NCBI GenBank assembly: GCA_017644375.1
Contig: JAEPLP010000001.1
Coordinates: 905,421 to 969,420 of the forward strand
Source of the DNA: Prochlorococcus marinus CUG1435
GTDB lineage: Bacteria > Cyanobacteriota > Cyanobacteriia > PCC-6307 > Cyanobiaceae
Reading direction: 5' to 3'
Length of the DNA: 64,000 nt
Below are positions 49,321-59,259 of this stretch, one piece after another. The position numbers were made by a program, and so were the translations under genes. Each line of letters starts with the position of its first letter. Positions within the stretch are counted from its first letter, which is position 1. The notes below the pieces were generated by a model. The model had not been told where the DNA came from, searched no databases, and saw nothing but the letters and a program-made list of their open reading frames with translations.

Positions 49321-50844
49321 TTAAACCCTTCCTGGGATTCTTCTGGTGGTTTCGTCACCAAGTTTCTTGAATAAACCAAATTCAACTTGGTCGCCAATCT
49401 CAGCATCAATACCAGCAAAGGAATTTCTGTAAAGAGTCCTTGAAGCATGCCACCAGTGGCCAAACAAGAATAGCAATCCGAAACATAAATGTGCATATGT
49501 AAACCATGCTCTTGGTGAGCTTCGGAATACACCGTCAGATTTATAAGTCTCTCTGTCAAACTTGAATGCTTCTCCAAGTTGAGCCTTTCTAGCTAATCTT
49601 TTAACTACTGCAGGATCAGTAAATGTTTGTCCATTTAAATCTCCTCCATAGATAGTTGCAGTTATGCCAGTTTGTTCAAATGAATACTTTGCTTCAGCTC
49701 TTCTAAATGGAATATCTGCTCTAACATTACCTTCTTTATCTTCAAGTATAACTGGGAAGTTTTCAAAGAAATTAGGTATTCTTCTAACTTCTAATTCGTT
49801 ACCTTCCTTGTCTTGGAAAGAAATGTGACCTTGCCAACCAGTTGGTAAGCCATCACCATTAACAAGAGCTCCAACTCTGAATAATCCTCCCTTTGCAGGA
49901 CTGTTTCCAACATAATCATAGAAGGCTAACTTTTCTGGGATTGATGCATATGCCTCTTCTTTAGTGGCACCATCATCAATAGCAGCTTGGACCCTTCTGT
50001 TAATTTCAGTTTTGAAATATCCAGAGTCCCATTGATATCTGGTAGGACCAAATAACTCGACTGGAGTTGTTGCTGAACCGTACCACATTGTTCCAGAAAC
50101 AACGAAAGATACAAATAGTACAGCAGCTAGAGCACTAGCAAGAACTCCTTCAAGACTTCCAAGTTTTAGTGCTCTATACAGCCTTTCTCCAGGTCTATTG
50201 GTTATGTGAAAAATACCTCCAATAATACCCATTAGTCCTGCCGCAATATGATTTGCAACTATTCCTCCTGGATTAAAAGGATTAAATCCTTCTACTCCCC
50301 ATGAAGGGGCAACAGGCTCTACATGACCAGTTAAACCATAAGGATCTGAAACCCAAATCCCGACGTTTGCGCAATGAAAAGCTCCAAAACCAAAGCATGT
50401 TAGTCCAGCTAGAAGAAGGTGAATTCCGAATATTCTTGGCAAATCAAGAGCAGGCTCACCAGTTCTTGAATCTTCCCATAAATCTAAGTCCCAATATGTC
50501 CAGTGCCAAATAGAGGCCAGCATCAGTAGTCCACTAAACACTATGTGTGCCGCTGCAACCCCTTCAAAACTCCAGAATCCAGGATCAACTCCTGTAGCAC
50601 CCGTAATATCCCATCCGTTCCAACTACTTGTGATGCCTAGTCTTGCCATAAAAGGCATAACGTACATTCCCTGTCTCCACATTGGATTAAGAACGGCATC
50701 AGAAGGATCAAAAATGGCTAATTCGTAAAGAGCCATAGAACCGGCCCAGCCGGCTAATAATGCAGTATGCATAAGATGCACAGCAAGTAGTCGACCTGGG
50801 TCATTAATAACTACTGTGTGAACTCGATACCAAGGCAATCCCAT
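49321..50844 (-). CDS. psbB: Photosystem II CP47 chlorophyll apoprotein
   Basis: 507 aa starting [35 protein letters not shown], unmistakably CP47. Confidence 0.98.
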   Translation of the reverse strand: MGLPWYRVHTVVINDPGRLLAVHLMHTALLAGWAGSMALYELAIFDPSDAVLNPMWRQGMYVMPFMARLGITSSWNGWDITGATGVDPGFWSFEGVAAAHIVFSGLLMLASIWHWTYWDLDLWEDSRTGEPALDLPRIFGIHLLLAGLTCFGFGAFHCANVGIWVSDPYGLTGHVEPVAPSWGVEGFNPFNPGGIVANHIAAGLMGIIGGIFHITNRPGERLYRALKLGSLEGVLASALAAVLFVSFVVSGTMWYGSATTPVELFGPTRYQWDSGYFKTEINRRVQAAIDDGATKEEAYASIPEKLAFYDYVGNSPAKGGLFRVGALVNGDGLPTGWQGHISFQDKEGNELEVRRIPNFFENFPVILEDKEGNVRADIPFRRAEAKYSFEQTGITATIYGGDLNGQTFTDPAVVKRLARKAQLGEAFKFDRETYKSDGVFRSSPRAWFTYAHLCFGLLFLFGHWWHASRTLYRNSFAGIDAEIGDQVEFGLFKKLGDETTRRIPGRV

Positions 50845-51067
50845 CGGTTAATTTCTAGTAACTATGCTGAATAAACAGCTAAACATCACGATAGTAAGGG
50901 TTTTTTAGTCTTTGAGGGATTTTTGTAAATAAATTTATTTTCTTGCAAAAATTGGGTAAATCAATAAGCAGAACAGGAGTTACAAGGAATTTTAAGCTAA
51001 AAATTGTTAATATTTTGGTCACAATTCTCAAAGTAAAACGCCAAAATAAGAAAAATAACTAAAAAAA

Positions 51068-51430
51068 ATGGCAACTATCAGATTTATCCGTGAGGATTTA
51101 GAGGTTCAATGTAATCCTGGTGAGAATTTAAGAGAATTAGTAATGAAAGAGAATTTACAACTTTATGGATTAAAAGGAATTTTAGGAAATTGTGGCGGAG
51201 CAGGGCAATGCAGTACTTGTTTTATTTCAGTTGAAGGAGGAAGCAAAAATTCTTTAAGTCCTCTTACATCAGTTGAAGAAGAAAAACTTAAAAATAGACC
51301 AGAAAATTGGCGACTTGCATGCCAAACATTAGTTAAATCCTCTACAGTCATTTTAACAAAACCACAATCTCCACCTTCAAATTTTGAAGAACTTAAAAAA
51401 AATAGCGAAAATAAAAAATTACCTCGCTAA
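51068..51430 (+). CDS. 2Fe-2S ferredoxin-like protein
   Basis: 120 aa with a Cys pattern NCGGAGQCSTC ... LACQ typical of plant-type ferredoxin folds. Confidence 0.8.
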   Translation: MATIRFIREDLEVQCNPGENLRELVMKENLQLYGLKGILGNCGGAGQCSTCFISVEGGSKNSLSPLTSVEEEKLKNRPENWRLACQTLVKSSTVILTKPQSPPSNFEELKKNSENKKLPR

Positions 51431-51532
51431 TTGTTTAAGACTGTTAATTAGTTGATAAAAATTTGTTTATTTTTCCACTTTATTTCAAGTTATATGTCTA
51501 TAGTCTTAATACCTAATAGAACTGTCAACTAA

Positions 51533-51685
51533 ATGGAAACAACTAATTTCGGATTCGTAGCTAGCCTTTTATTTGTAGGGGTGCCTACAATATTCCTTAT
51601 TGGTTTATTTATTTCTACTCAAGATGGCGAAAAATCAAGCTTCTACTCAGAATCTGGTAAAGGTAAGCTTGGCCCAAAACGCTAA
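51533..51685 (+). CDS. psbM: Photosystem II protein M (long C-terminal form, not in ORF track)
   Basis: Hand translation: METTNFGFVASLLFVGVPTIFLIGLFISTQDGEKSSFYSESGKGKLGPKR*. Confidence 0.85.
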   Translation: METTNFGFVASLLFVGVPTIFLIGLFISTQDGEKSSFYSESGKGKLGPKR

Positions 51686-51696
51686 AGCTTTTATAA

Positions 51697-52566
51697 ATGC
51701 TAAGCATTTCTGTAAAAGAAATTTTATTTTGGAAAAAAACACAACTTTTTAAGGGTGGAGATCATGAATCTCTTGCTTTTTTACTTGATTCTGTAGGCGG
51801 TATATCAACCAGTGATCTAAACTCGCTTAGTATAAATCCTGATAGAAACTTATATTTAAAAAAAAACTTAGAATTTTTAGAGTCTGTTTGGGAAGATCAT
51901 TTAACAAGATCTTCCCCGATTCAATACCTTTGCGGAATAACTTATTGGAGAGACTTAAAATTAAAAGTTACAAATAAAGTACTTATTCCCAGACCAGAGA
52001 CGGAGATGATAGTAGATATTGTCTTCAATATATTTAATAGGAAGTCAGAGAAATTATTTTTTGCTGAATTAGGAACTGGATCAGGCGCTATAAGTATTGC
52101 GTTGGCATTGGCTTATCCATTTAGCGAAGGAGTGGCAACTGATATAGATCAAGACGCATTAGAAATAGCTACTAAAAATTATATAAATTCTTCCAAACAA
52201 TCAAATTTGAAATTTTATTGTGGAAATTGGTGGTCACCTCTTGGAAATTTAAAAGGAAAATTAGACCTTGCTATTTCAAACCCGCCATATATTCCTAAAG
52301 ATACTTATGAAAAATTACCCAAAGAAGTTAAAAATTTCGAACCTAAAGTTGCTTTATTAGGTGGTGAAGATGGATTAAAACACATTAGGGAAATAATACA
52401 AAAAGCACCAATATTTCTAAAAGAGAAGGGCTGGCTAATTTTAGAGAATCATTTTGATCAAGGCGAAAAAGTAAAACAACTTTTTATTAAAAATAAATTT
52501 ACATCAATAGAAATTGTGAAAGATCTTTCAGGTATTGGTAGGTTTACCATTGGAAGATATAAATAA
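51697..52566 (+). CDS. prmC: Release factor glutamine N5-methyltransferase (PrmC/HemK)
   Basis: SAM motif ELGTGSGAI and the catalytic NPPY (ISNPPYIP). Confidence 0.85.
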   Translation: MLSISVKEILFWKKTQLFKGGDHESLAFLLDSVGGISTSDLNSLSINPDRNLYLKKNLEFLESVWEDHLTRSSPIQYLCGITYWRDLKLKVTNKVLIPRPETEMIVDIVFNIFNRKSEKLFFAELGTGSGAISIALALAYPFSEGVATDIDQDALEIATKNYINSSKQSNLKFYCGNWWSPLGNLKGKLDLAISNPPYIPKDTYEKLPKEVKNFEPKVALLGGEDGLKHIREIIQKAPIFLKEKGWLILENHFDQGEKVKQLFIKNKFTSIEIVKDLSGIGRFTIGRYK

Positions 52567-52589
52567 ATTATTAAAAGTTTATGATCTAA

Positions 52590-53171
52590 ATGAATTTAGT
52601 AGACTGCAAATCCGCTTTGAAGACTCTTAAAAGTGGTTTACCTATAATCTTCCCAACTGACACATTACCTGCGATTGGATGCTTGCCAAAATTTTCAAAT
52701 ATTATTTATGAGTTTAAAAAAAGGGATAGAGATAAACCCTTAATTCTTATGGGGTCAGAACATAAACAATTAATTGATTATGTTCACGAATCAGCTAAAG
52801 AAGATTACGAAAATATAGCTTCAAAATATTGGCCTGGAGCTCTGACAATGGTTATTCCTGCTTCAGAAAAGCAGACTACTATCCTCACAAGCAATGATCT
52901 TACCCTTGGGTTGAGGATTCCAAATTCATATATGGCTCAATCTCTCATGAGAGAAACAGGTCCATTGTTAACTTCAAGTGCAAATATTTCAGGTTTTAAA
53001 GGATCTATTACAGTTGAAGGTATTGCTCTAGACTTCCCTTCTGTAAAGATTTTGGGTCCTATCCCCTGGGGCAAAAGAAGTGGAAAAGCAAGTACTATAA
53101 TATTTTGGAAGAAAAGTGGAGATTGGAGACTCATTAGAGAAGGAGAAGTATTAGTAAGGGAATTGTATTAA
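52590..53171 (+). CDS. tsaC: L-threonylcarbamoyladenylate synthase (Sua5/YrdC/TsaC family)
   Basis: 193-aa YrdC-domain protein (PTDT.P..G, R....KP, LTSSANISG). Confidence 0.85.
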   Translation: MNLVDCKSALKTLKSGLPIIFPTDTLPAIGCLPKFSNIIYEFKKRDRDKPLILMGSEHKQLIDYVHESAKEDYENIASKYWPGALTMVIPASEKQTTILTSNDLTLGLRIPNSYMAQSLMRETGPLLTSSANISGFKGSITVEGIALDFPSVKILGPIPWGKRSGKASTIIFWKKSGDWRLIREGEVLVRELY

Positions 53172-53338
53172 TGTTTTTATTATTATTTTTTGTTTTATTG
53201 ATTCAATTTTTTACTTATTGGATATTTGAACCCCTTGCATCTTTTTTAGAGTATGTTCTCGAGATAAGATTTTTTCCCATCATTGCTCTTGTAGGTTTAA
53301 TCTTTTTATTTTCAGCAAAGAATATTAAACAGAATTAA
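53171..53338 (+). CDS. Candidate 55-aa hydrophobic protein (not in ORF track)
   Basis: The ATG overlaps the tsaC stop (TAATG). Translation: MFLLLFFVLLIQFFTYWIFEPLASFLEYVLEIRFFPIIALVGLIFLFSAKNIKQN*, with two predicted TM helices. Confidence 0.4.
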   Translation: MFLLLFFVLLIQFFTYWIFEPLASFLEYVLEIRFFPIIALVGLIFLFSAKNIKQN

Positions 53339-53349
53339 ATAAATCAAAA

Positions 53350-53421
53350 TGCCGGCTAACAGATTTGAACTGATGACCTTCGCTTTACAAAAGCGCTGCT
53401 CTACCGCTGAGCTAAGCCGGC
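53350..53421 (-). tRNA. tRNA-Thr (UGU)
   Basis: Hand-folded: acceptor GCCGGCT/AGCCGGC, anticodon loop TT-TGT-AA, and a GTTCAAATC T-loop. Confidence 0.9.
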
Positions 53422-53486
53422 AATTTCTACATCTTACAATTAGGGAGGGTCAACTATCAGTATTTTTTTAGCTTTTTTTAAATTTA

Positions 53487-53831
53487 TTACTTTTTGATAT
53501 CTTTATCAGCTTTATCAGTTTTATCGGTTTTATTAGTTTTTTTGAATTTTATTTCTCCTGAGATAGTTCTTTTGATTGGTAAATTGGCAACTAATGCAGT
53601 CATTCTATCCTCAGTCTCTAAACTTACTGCTACCTCTTCAAAATCAATTTCAACATATTTAGCAACAACATCAAGAATCTCTTTCCTCATTTTATCTAAA
53701 AGATCAGTTGTTAAGGAACTCATGTCAACTCTGTCATGAGCAAGTACAAGTTGTAATCTTTCTCTAGCTGTATTTGCACTAGACGTTTCTCTGCCTAGTA
53801 ATTTATTTATAAGATCTCTAAGAGTCATCAT
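53487..53831 (-). CDS. minE: Cell division topological specificity factor MinE
   Basis: 114 aa with the MinE pattern [17 protein letters not shown], plus a Lys-rich C-terminal tail. Confidence 0.9.
   Translation of the reverse strand: MMTLRDLINKLLGRETSSANTARERLQLVLAHDRVDMSSLTTDLLDKMRKEILDVVAKYVEIDFEEVAVSLETEDRMTALVANLPIKRTISGEIKFKKTNKTDKTDKADKDIKK
53502..53537 (-). repeat. Four tandem 9-nt units (tttatcagc / tttatcagt / tttatcggt / tttattagt) encoding the [12 protein letters not shown] tail of MinE
   Basis: Read directly from the sequence and checked in frame against the MinE translation. Confidence 0.8.
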
Positions 53832-53832
53832 T

Positions 53833-54648
53833 TTAAAAAACCTTTGTTTGCATTAATCTCATGAATTTATCTTTCAGACTTTTGCCTTCTTTTTTAGGAT
53901 CAATAATTGGTACGTCTTTATTTGTAAGTCTTTGAGAAACATTCAAATAACATTTTTTTGCAGGAGATCTGCCATCTGAAAGTGTCAGTGGCTCACCTCT
54001 ATTTGTACTTATTATTACCTGTTCATCTTCTAAAACAATACCTAGCAATGGCAAAGAAAGGATCCCTTGAACATCTTCGATAGATAACATTTCTTGACTA
54101 GCCATCATGTTAGGGCGAACTCTATTGATTACAAGTTGGATAGGCTCAATATCTGAAGTATTAAGAATCCCTATTACTCTATCCGCATCCCGCACTGCGG
54201 ATAATTCTGGGTTAGTAACAACAATAGCTTCTTTACATGCTGCAAGAGCATTTTTAAAGCCATCTTCTACACCAGCAGGACAATCCACCAAGACAAAATC
54301 AAAGTTCTCACTAAGTAGCTCACTAATTTTCTTCATATCTTCGGGCTTCATCCAATCCAACATCCTTGGATCTCCAGCAGGTAGAAGAGCAAGATTGGGT
54401 TCTTTTTTATGTCTAACCAATGCTTGGTCAAGGCGACAATTCTTGTCTAGAACATCTTGAGCTGTATATATGATGCGATTTTCTAATCCTAGAAGAAGAT
54501 CTAAATTTCTTAAGCCAAAATCAGCATCTAATACAGCAGTTGTTGCTCCGCTATTAGCAAGTGCAATACCTAGGTTTGCAGTTAAAGTTGTTTTACCAAC
54601 CCCTCCTTTGCCTGAACAAATTAATATTGTGCGAGTTTTCTTCCCCAC
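53833..54648 (-). CDS. minD: Septum site-determining ATPase MinD
   Basis: Deviant Walker [11 protein letters not shown] and a C-terminal amphipathic helix. Confidence 0.95.
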   Translation of the reverse strand: MGKKTRTILICSGKGGVGKTTLTANLGIALANSGATTAVLDADFGLRNLDLLLGLENRIIYTAQDVLDKNCRLDQALVRHKKEPNLALLPAGDPRMLDWMKPEDMKKISELLSENFDFVLVDCPAGVEDGFKNALAACKEAIVVTNPELSAVRDADRVIGILNTSDIEPIQLVINRVRPNMMASQEMLSIEDVQGILSLPLLGIVLEDEQVIISTNRGEPLTLSDGRSPAKKCYLNVSQRLTNKDVPIIDPKKEGKSLKDKFMRLMQTKVF

Positions 54649-54759
54649 GATTTTAAAGATTTTACAAATAATAAGGCCACTTGCAAAAAGTTAAATCTTT
54701 TAAAGATTAAGTAATTCTTAAATTTATCTAGTTTGAATTAATTTATTTCAAATGATTGA

Positions 54760-55422
54760 TTAATTTTTATTTTCGATTATGTGTGGTTTGATAATTATCG
54801 TTTGTTTATCTATTAATGCAATTTCTGGATAACAATTTTTGGGCTTATCCTTTGGACCAATAGCTATCACATCTGCAATTCTTAATTGTAAAGGGTTTAG
54901 ATAAAGCGATGCAATAGAGGCATTTTTATTTCCACTTTTCCCTGCGAATGCTATCCCTAGTAATTTGCCCCAAACGTAAATATTTTTCTTAGCGGAAACT
55001 ATTGCTCCTGGATTAACGTCTCCAATAATACATAGGTTTCCATTTGAAGATATTCTTTCACCCGATCGTACCGTTCCTTGGTAAAGAATATCGTTTTTCT
55101 TTTTTGAATTGAATGATAGTAACTTATTTTTAATCTCTTGCTCTCTTATAAAAGCTGATTCTATTTTTAAAAATTTTCCGCTTATTATCGTATCTCTATT
55201 ATTAGAGTAAATGCGTAAGGAACAAATATTAATTTTGTCAAAATGGTTTTTTAATTTTGCTAATTGATGAGAACTTATTGATTCATTGACTGCGAAAATT
55301 TTTACTTCTACAGGTTCCTTGATGGAAGAAAATCTTTTGATAGTTTCATGGATATTATCTAAATCTAATAAAGTAAAAATCTCTAAATATTTACTTTTTG
55401 TATTTTTTAAAACTATTTCCAT
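54760..55422 (-). CDS. minC: Septum site-determining protein MinC
   Basis: C-terminal beta-helix repeats GTVRSGERI...GDVNPGAIV...GNIYVWGKLLGIAFAG. Confidence 0.8.
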   Translation of the reverse strand: MEIVLKNTKSKYLEIFTLLDLDNIHETIKRFSSIKEPVEVKIFAVNESISSHQLAKLKNHFDKINICSLRIYSNNRDTIISGKFLKIESAFIREQEIKNKLLSFNSKKKNDILYQGTVRSGERISSNGNLCIIGDVNPGAIVSAKKNIYVWGKLLGIAFAGKSGNKNASIASLYLNPLQLRIADVIAIGPKDKPKNCYPEIALIDKQTIIIKPHIIENKN

Positions 55423-55432
55423 TGAATTAAAT

Positions 55433-56689
55433 CTAGGAATTGTTTTTCATTAATGAAATTTCATTTTTAATTTCATTTTTGATCACACCTGGATAAATAA
55501 TTAAAGAGCTTTCCTCAGATCTCATTAAAGTTTTTATTAATGCAGAACTATTTTCTAATGCGCTTTGATAAGTGCCGTCCCATATTTTTAATGCATTATT
55601 AGATTCAAAACCTTTAAAAGACCTTTCCTTAATCCCGCAAAATAGTTCTGAATCGTAACCATTCTTTTCACATAATTTTGTGGCAAATGCAAGGATTTTT
55701 AATCTATTCATTTTACTTAGAGAACTTATGTCTGATGCCTTTAATAAATCCCTGTCAATAAACATTTTGCATAGTGTAGAAAGTGGCTCAAAAGATTCAT
55801 CTTTCCATCTAATCAAATGATAATAAAAGGTAACATCATCATTTCTTATGAAATCATCAAAATTAACCTTTGAAGGTGAAAAAATCCATTTATATAAAGA
55901 ATTATCTAACCAAATTTTCTTTTCATAATTATGTTTTATTGTGTGTAATATTTTCCCCAGAATCCATGTTGATATTTCGTTTATCTTGTGATTGTAGATT
56001 GTTCTATACATCAAGTTTCTGAGTACAAGGAAATGCTCAATAGCGATCACTCCTTTTGGTTTGATTCCGATATTCCCATCAGGTGAAAAGGTAAGACCTG
56101 AAATAATTCTTTCTAAATCTACTAACCCATAATTAGTACCTGTGTTGTAACTATCGCGTAAAAGATAATCGAGACGATCGCAATCTATCTCACTACTTAT
56201 CAATGTTTTTAAAGGTTTTGAAAATAGTTGTTTTGTTTGAAATAATTCTCCAATTTTTCTCGGTAATTCGTTGTCATACTTTTTGAGGATTGAATTTATT
56301 GGAGAATATTTTGTAACTAAGTTTTCAGACCATTGTTCGTGATCATGCTTGAATATTGTTTCACTGGTATGGCTTAAAGGTCCATGACCTAAATCATGTA
56401 GTAGAGCTGCTCCATAAAGAACAAATTTATTTTCACAAAATGAAGATTTAATTGTAATTAATCTCTTATAAATTTTTCTAGCTATACAAAAAACACCAAT
56501 TGAGTGAGTAAATCTACTCGACTCTGCACCATGAAAAACCAACGATGCCGCTCCTAGTTGTTTTATTCTTCTTAGTCTTTGAAAAGCAACTGTATCAATT
56601 AATTCCATAATCATTAATTCTTCTGGCTTTCCTGCATCAAATACTATTTCTTTATGAATCGGGTCATGAAAAATTCTTTTAATACTCAT
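55433..56689 (-). CDS. HD-domain metal-dependent phosphohydrolase (dNTP triphosphohydrolase/SAMHD1-like family)
   Basis: HSIGV...LLHDLGHGPLSH...D.DRLDYL.RD motifs. Confidence 0.8.
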   Translation of the reverse strand: MSIKRIFHDPIHKEIVFDAGKPEELMIMELIDTVAFQRLRRIKQLGAASLVFHGAESSRFTHSIGVFCIARKIYKRLITIKSSFCENKFVLYGAALLHDLGHGPLSHTSETIFKHDHEQWSENLVTKYSPINSILKKYDNELPRKIGELFQTKQLFSKPLKTLISSEIDCDRLDYLLRDSYNTGTNYGLVDLERIISGLTFSPDGNIGIKPKGVIAIEHFLVLRNLMYRTIYNHKINEISTWILGKILHTIKHNYEKKIWLDNSLYKWIFSPSKVNFDDFIRNDDVTFYYHLIRWKDESFEPLSTLCKMFIDRDLLKASDISSLSKMNRLKILAFATKLCEKNGYDSELFCGIKERSFKGFESNNALKIWDGTYQSALENSSALIKTLMRSEESSLIIYPGVIKNEIKNEISLMKNNS

Positions 56690-56726
56690 ATTTTTTAAGA
56701 TTTTTTATTTTCAATCTTTAGTTTTT

Positions 56727-58034
56727 TCAAGATTTAATTTCTTCATTGTTTAATACAACAGTTTGATTTGAAACTTCTTCTTTTTCTAGAAGCGTCCCCA
56801 GAAATAATTCTGCATTCCTCACCCATTTATCATCAGTGCTTCCATAATCACTTGTATCCGGGAGATCAAGTAATTTGTCAGGAGTCATACCTTGGCCTTG
56901 AATATTATTACCTTTGGGGGTTAAGTAACTAGCCACTGTTATAGCAATACCACTATCTTCTCCCAAACTTTTTAGGGATTGAATTAAACCTTTCCCATAA
57001 GTTTTTTCTCCCATAAGAATTGATCTTTCATTATCTTGTAGAGACCCAGCAAGTATTTCACTGGCACTCGCAGTACCTTTATTAACAAGAGTCACCATTG
57101 GTCCATCAAAAAATGTCTCCTTTTGAGAAATTATTGCATCTTTGATTCCATTTCTATTTTTTGTCTCTACAACAGGTTTCTCGCTTAATAATGAGTTTGC
57201 AACTGCTATACCTGAGCTTACTAGTCCACCTGAATTATTTCTAAGATCTAAAATTAACCCCTCCACCTCTTTCTCTTTTAACTCTTGAAGTGCCTCTTCA
57301 ACTTTTTTGGGTACACTTTCGCTGAATTGAGTTATCCTTAAATATCCTATTGTGTGAGAATCGTCTCTTAATCTTTTTGTTCTAACTGGTCTGAGATCTA
57401 CTGATCTTCTCTCTAAATCGACCTCTTTTATTTCTCCTGATTCCGAAGAGATTTCAACCAGAACTTTAGTCCCTGATTCACCTCTTAACTTAGAGGCAGT
57501 ATTGGCAAGGCCTAATTCTTTGGATAAAATACCATCAACTTTTTCTATGTAGTCACCGCTAACTATCCCAGCCTCTTCGGCTGGAGATCCTCCAAGAGTT
57601 GAGATAACTTTAATTTTTTTGTCATCATCTTCTCCTAATTGGAGCCCAACCCCATTAATCTCACTTCCAAAATTACTTGATTTAAGTAGTTCATAATCTT
57701 TTGGTCGTAAAATTCTTGTATACGGATCTTCTAAAGGTCTTAACATGTCTTCAATTGCGGAATAAGCCTCTTCAGTTGTTTCAATTTGTTTCTGTAATGT
57801 TTTTTGTCTTATTCTCTTCCATTGTATTTCTTCAAACTTTTCTGGGTCATAGAAGCCCTCATTCACCAAGGTCCAAGCGTCTAGGACTAATTGCTTGCTA
57901 TCACTGAGAGCATCCACTCTTTCTATCAGTAAAATATTGATAGAAAAAATTATGATCATTGATGCAGTGATCAAAGTTTTGAATGTTAAAAGTTTGTTAA
58001 AAGATGAATTCATTGGGTTAAGTGTTAACACCAA
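56727..58034 (-). CDS. ctpA: Carboxyl-terminal processing protease (S41 family)
   Basis: A PDZ domain plus GTASASEI (nucleophile Ser) and a K in GEKTYGKG. Confidence 0.9.
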   Translation of the reverse strand: MVLTLNPMNSSFNKLLTFKTLITASMIIIFSINILLIERVDALSDSKQLVLDAWTLVNEGFYDPEKFEEIQWKRIRQKTLQKQIETTEEAYSAIEDMLRPLEDPYTRILRPKDYELLKSSNFGSEINGVGLQLGEDDDKKIKVISTLGGSPAEEAGIVSGDYIEKVDGILSKELGLANTASKLRGESGTKVLVEISSESGEIKEVDLERRSVDLRPVRTKRLRDDSHTIGYLRITQFSESVPKKVEEALQELKEKEVEGLILDLRNNSGGLVSSGIAVANSLLSEKPVVETKNRNGIKDAIISQKETFFDGPMVTLVNKGTASASEILAGSLQDNERSILMGEKTYGKGLIQSLKSLGEDSGIAITVASYLTPKGNNIQGQGMTPDKLLDLPDTSDYGSTDDKWVRNAELFLGTLLEKEEVSNQTVVLNNEEIKS

Positions 58035-58084
58035 GTATAAGAATTTTAAGTAAGCTCTTTATATCAAAGCTAATTTTTTTTTGG

Positions 58085-58741
58085 ATGGCGAATTCTTCAT
58101 CTGTTTATGACTGGTTTCAAGAAAGACTTGAAATTCAAGACATAACTGACGACGTAACTTCCAAGTACGTACCCCCTCACGTAAATATTTTTTATTGTTT
58201 AGGTGGCATAACTTTAGTATGCTTCCTAATTCAATTTGCAACAGGTTTTGCAATGACTTTTTACTATAAGCCAACAGTTACTCAAGCTTATAGTTCAGTA
58301 AGTTATTTGATGACCGATGTAAGTTTTGGATGGCTAATAAGATCTGTTCATAGATGGAGTGCATCAATGATGGTTTTAATGTTAATCCTTCATGTTTTTA
58401 GGGTTTATCTTACTGGTGGATTCAAAAGACCTAGAGAATTAACTTGGGTTACAGGTGTTGTAATGGCAGTCATAACAGTAGCTTTTGGAGTGACAGGATA
58501 TTCTTTGCCTTGGGATCAAGTAGGTTATTGGGCAGTTAAAATTGTTTCAGGTGTACCCGCTGCAATACCAGTAATCGGCGATTTTATGGTTGAACTGCTT
58601 AGAGGCGGAGAAAGTGTTGGGCAATCAACTCTTACAAGATTCTATAGCCTTCATACTTTTGTCTTACCATGGTCATTAGCAGTTTTCATGTTGATGCATT
58701 TTTTAATGATTCGTAAACAAGGTATTTCAGGACCTTTATAA
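58085..58741 (+). CDS. petB: Cytochrome b6
   Basis: Starts at ATG 58085 ([18 protein letters not shown]...), 218 aa. The ORF-track N-terminal extension overlaps ctpA and is unlikely to be translated. Confidence 0.95.
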   Translation: MANSSSVYDWFQERLEIQDITDDVTSKYVPPHVNIFYCLGGITLVCFLIQFATGFAMTFYYKPTVTQAYSSVSYLMTDVSFGWLIRSVHRWSASMMVLMLILHVFRVYLTGGFKRPRELTWVTGVVMAVITVAFGVTGYSLPWDQVGYWAVKIVSGVPAAIPVIGDFMVELLRGGESVGQSTLTRFYSLHTFVLPWSLAVFMLMHFLMIRKQGISGPL

Positions 58742-58775
58742 ACACTTACAATAAATTCATAACAGGATTTCTTCC

Positions 58776-59258
58776 ATGTCTACCTTAAAAAAACCAGATC
58801 TATCCGATCCAAAATTAAGAGCTAAATTAGCCAAAGGTATGGGCCATAATTATTATGGTGAACCAGCTTGGCCGAATGACTTGTTATATATTTTTCCAGT
58901 AGTTATTTTAGGTACTATCGCCTGTGTGGTTGGATTGGCAGTTTTAGATCCTGCAATGCTAGGAGACAAAGCAAATCCATTTGCTACTCCACTAGAAATA
59001 CTTCCTGAATGGTATCTCTACCCAGTTTTTCAAATACTTAGGGTAGTTCCTAATAAACTTTTGGGTATTGCGCTTCAAACATTAATTCCACTTGGATTGA
59101 TGATTTTACCTTTTATTGAAAACGTTAATAAATTCTCTAACCCCTTTAGAAGACCGGTAGCGATGTCAGTTTTCTTATTTGGTACTTTTTTAACTATATA
59201 TCTCGGGATTGGTGCTTGTTTACCTATTGATAAGTCTCTTACTTTGGGCTTGTTTTAG
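58776..59258 (+). CDS. petD: Cytochrome b6-f complex subunit IV
   Basis: 160 aa with the PEWY motif ([17 protein letters not shown]). Confidence 0.95.
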   Translation: MSTLKKPDLSDPKLRAKLAKGMGHNYYGEPAWPNDLLYIFPVVILGTIACVVGLAVLDPAMLGDKANPFATPLEILPEWYLYPVFQILRVVPNKLLGIALQTLIPLGLMILPFIENVNKFSNPFRRPVAMSVFLFGTFLTIYLGIGACLPIDKSLTLGLF

Positions 59259-59259
59259 T

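Noticed and set aside
12758-53421. tRNA genes (Met 12758..12830, Phe 44635..44707, Thr 53350..53421) as genomic-island integration sites
   Set aside because: I looked for direct repeats of tRNA 3' halves, integrase or phage-like genes, and composition shifts next to each tRNA, and found none. The neighbours are conserved housekeeping genes.
7806-54694. Long antisense or out-of-frame ORFs inside well-supported genes, e.g. 7806..8123, 12042..12467 (141 aa), 28691..28972, 45128..45508 (126 aa), 54107..54460 (117 aa), 54470..54694
   Set aside because: Each is fully nested opposite, or out of frame with, a gene that has strong family motifs. Their sequences are low-complexity (Ser/Leu/Ile/Phe-rich), as expected for shadow frames of AT-rich coding DNA.
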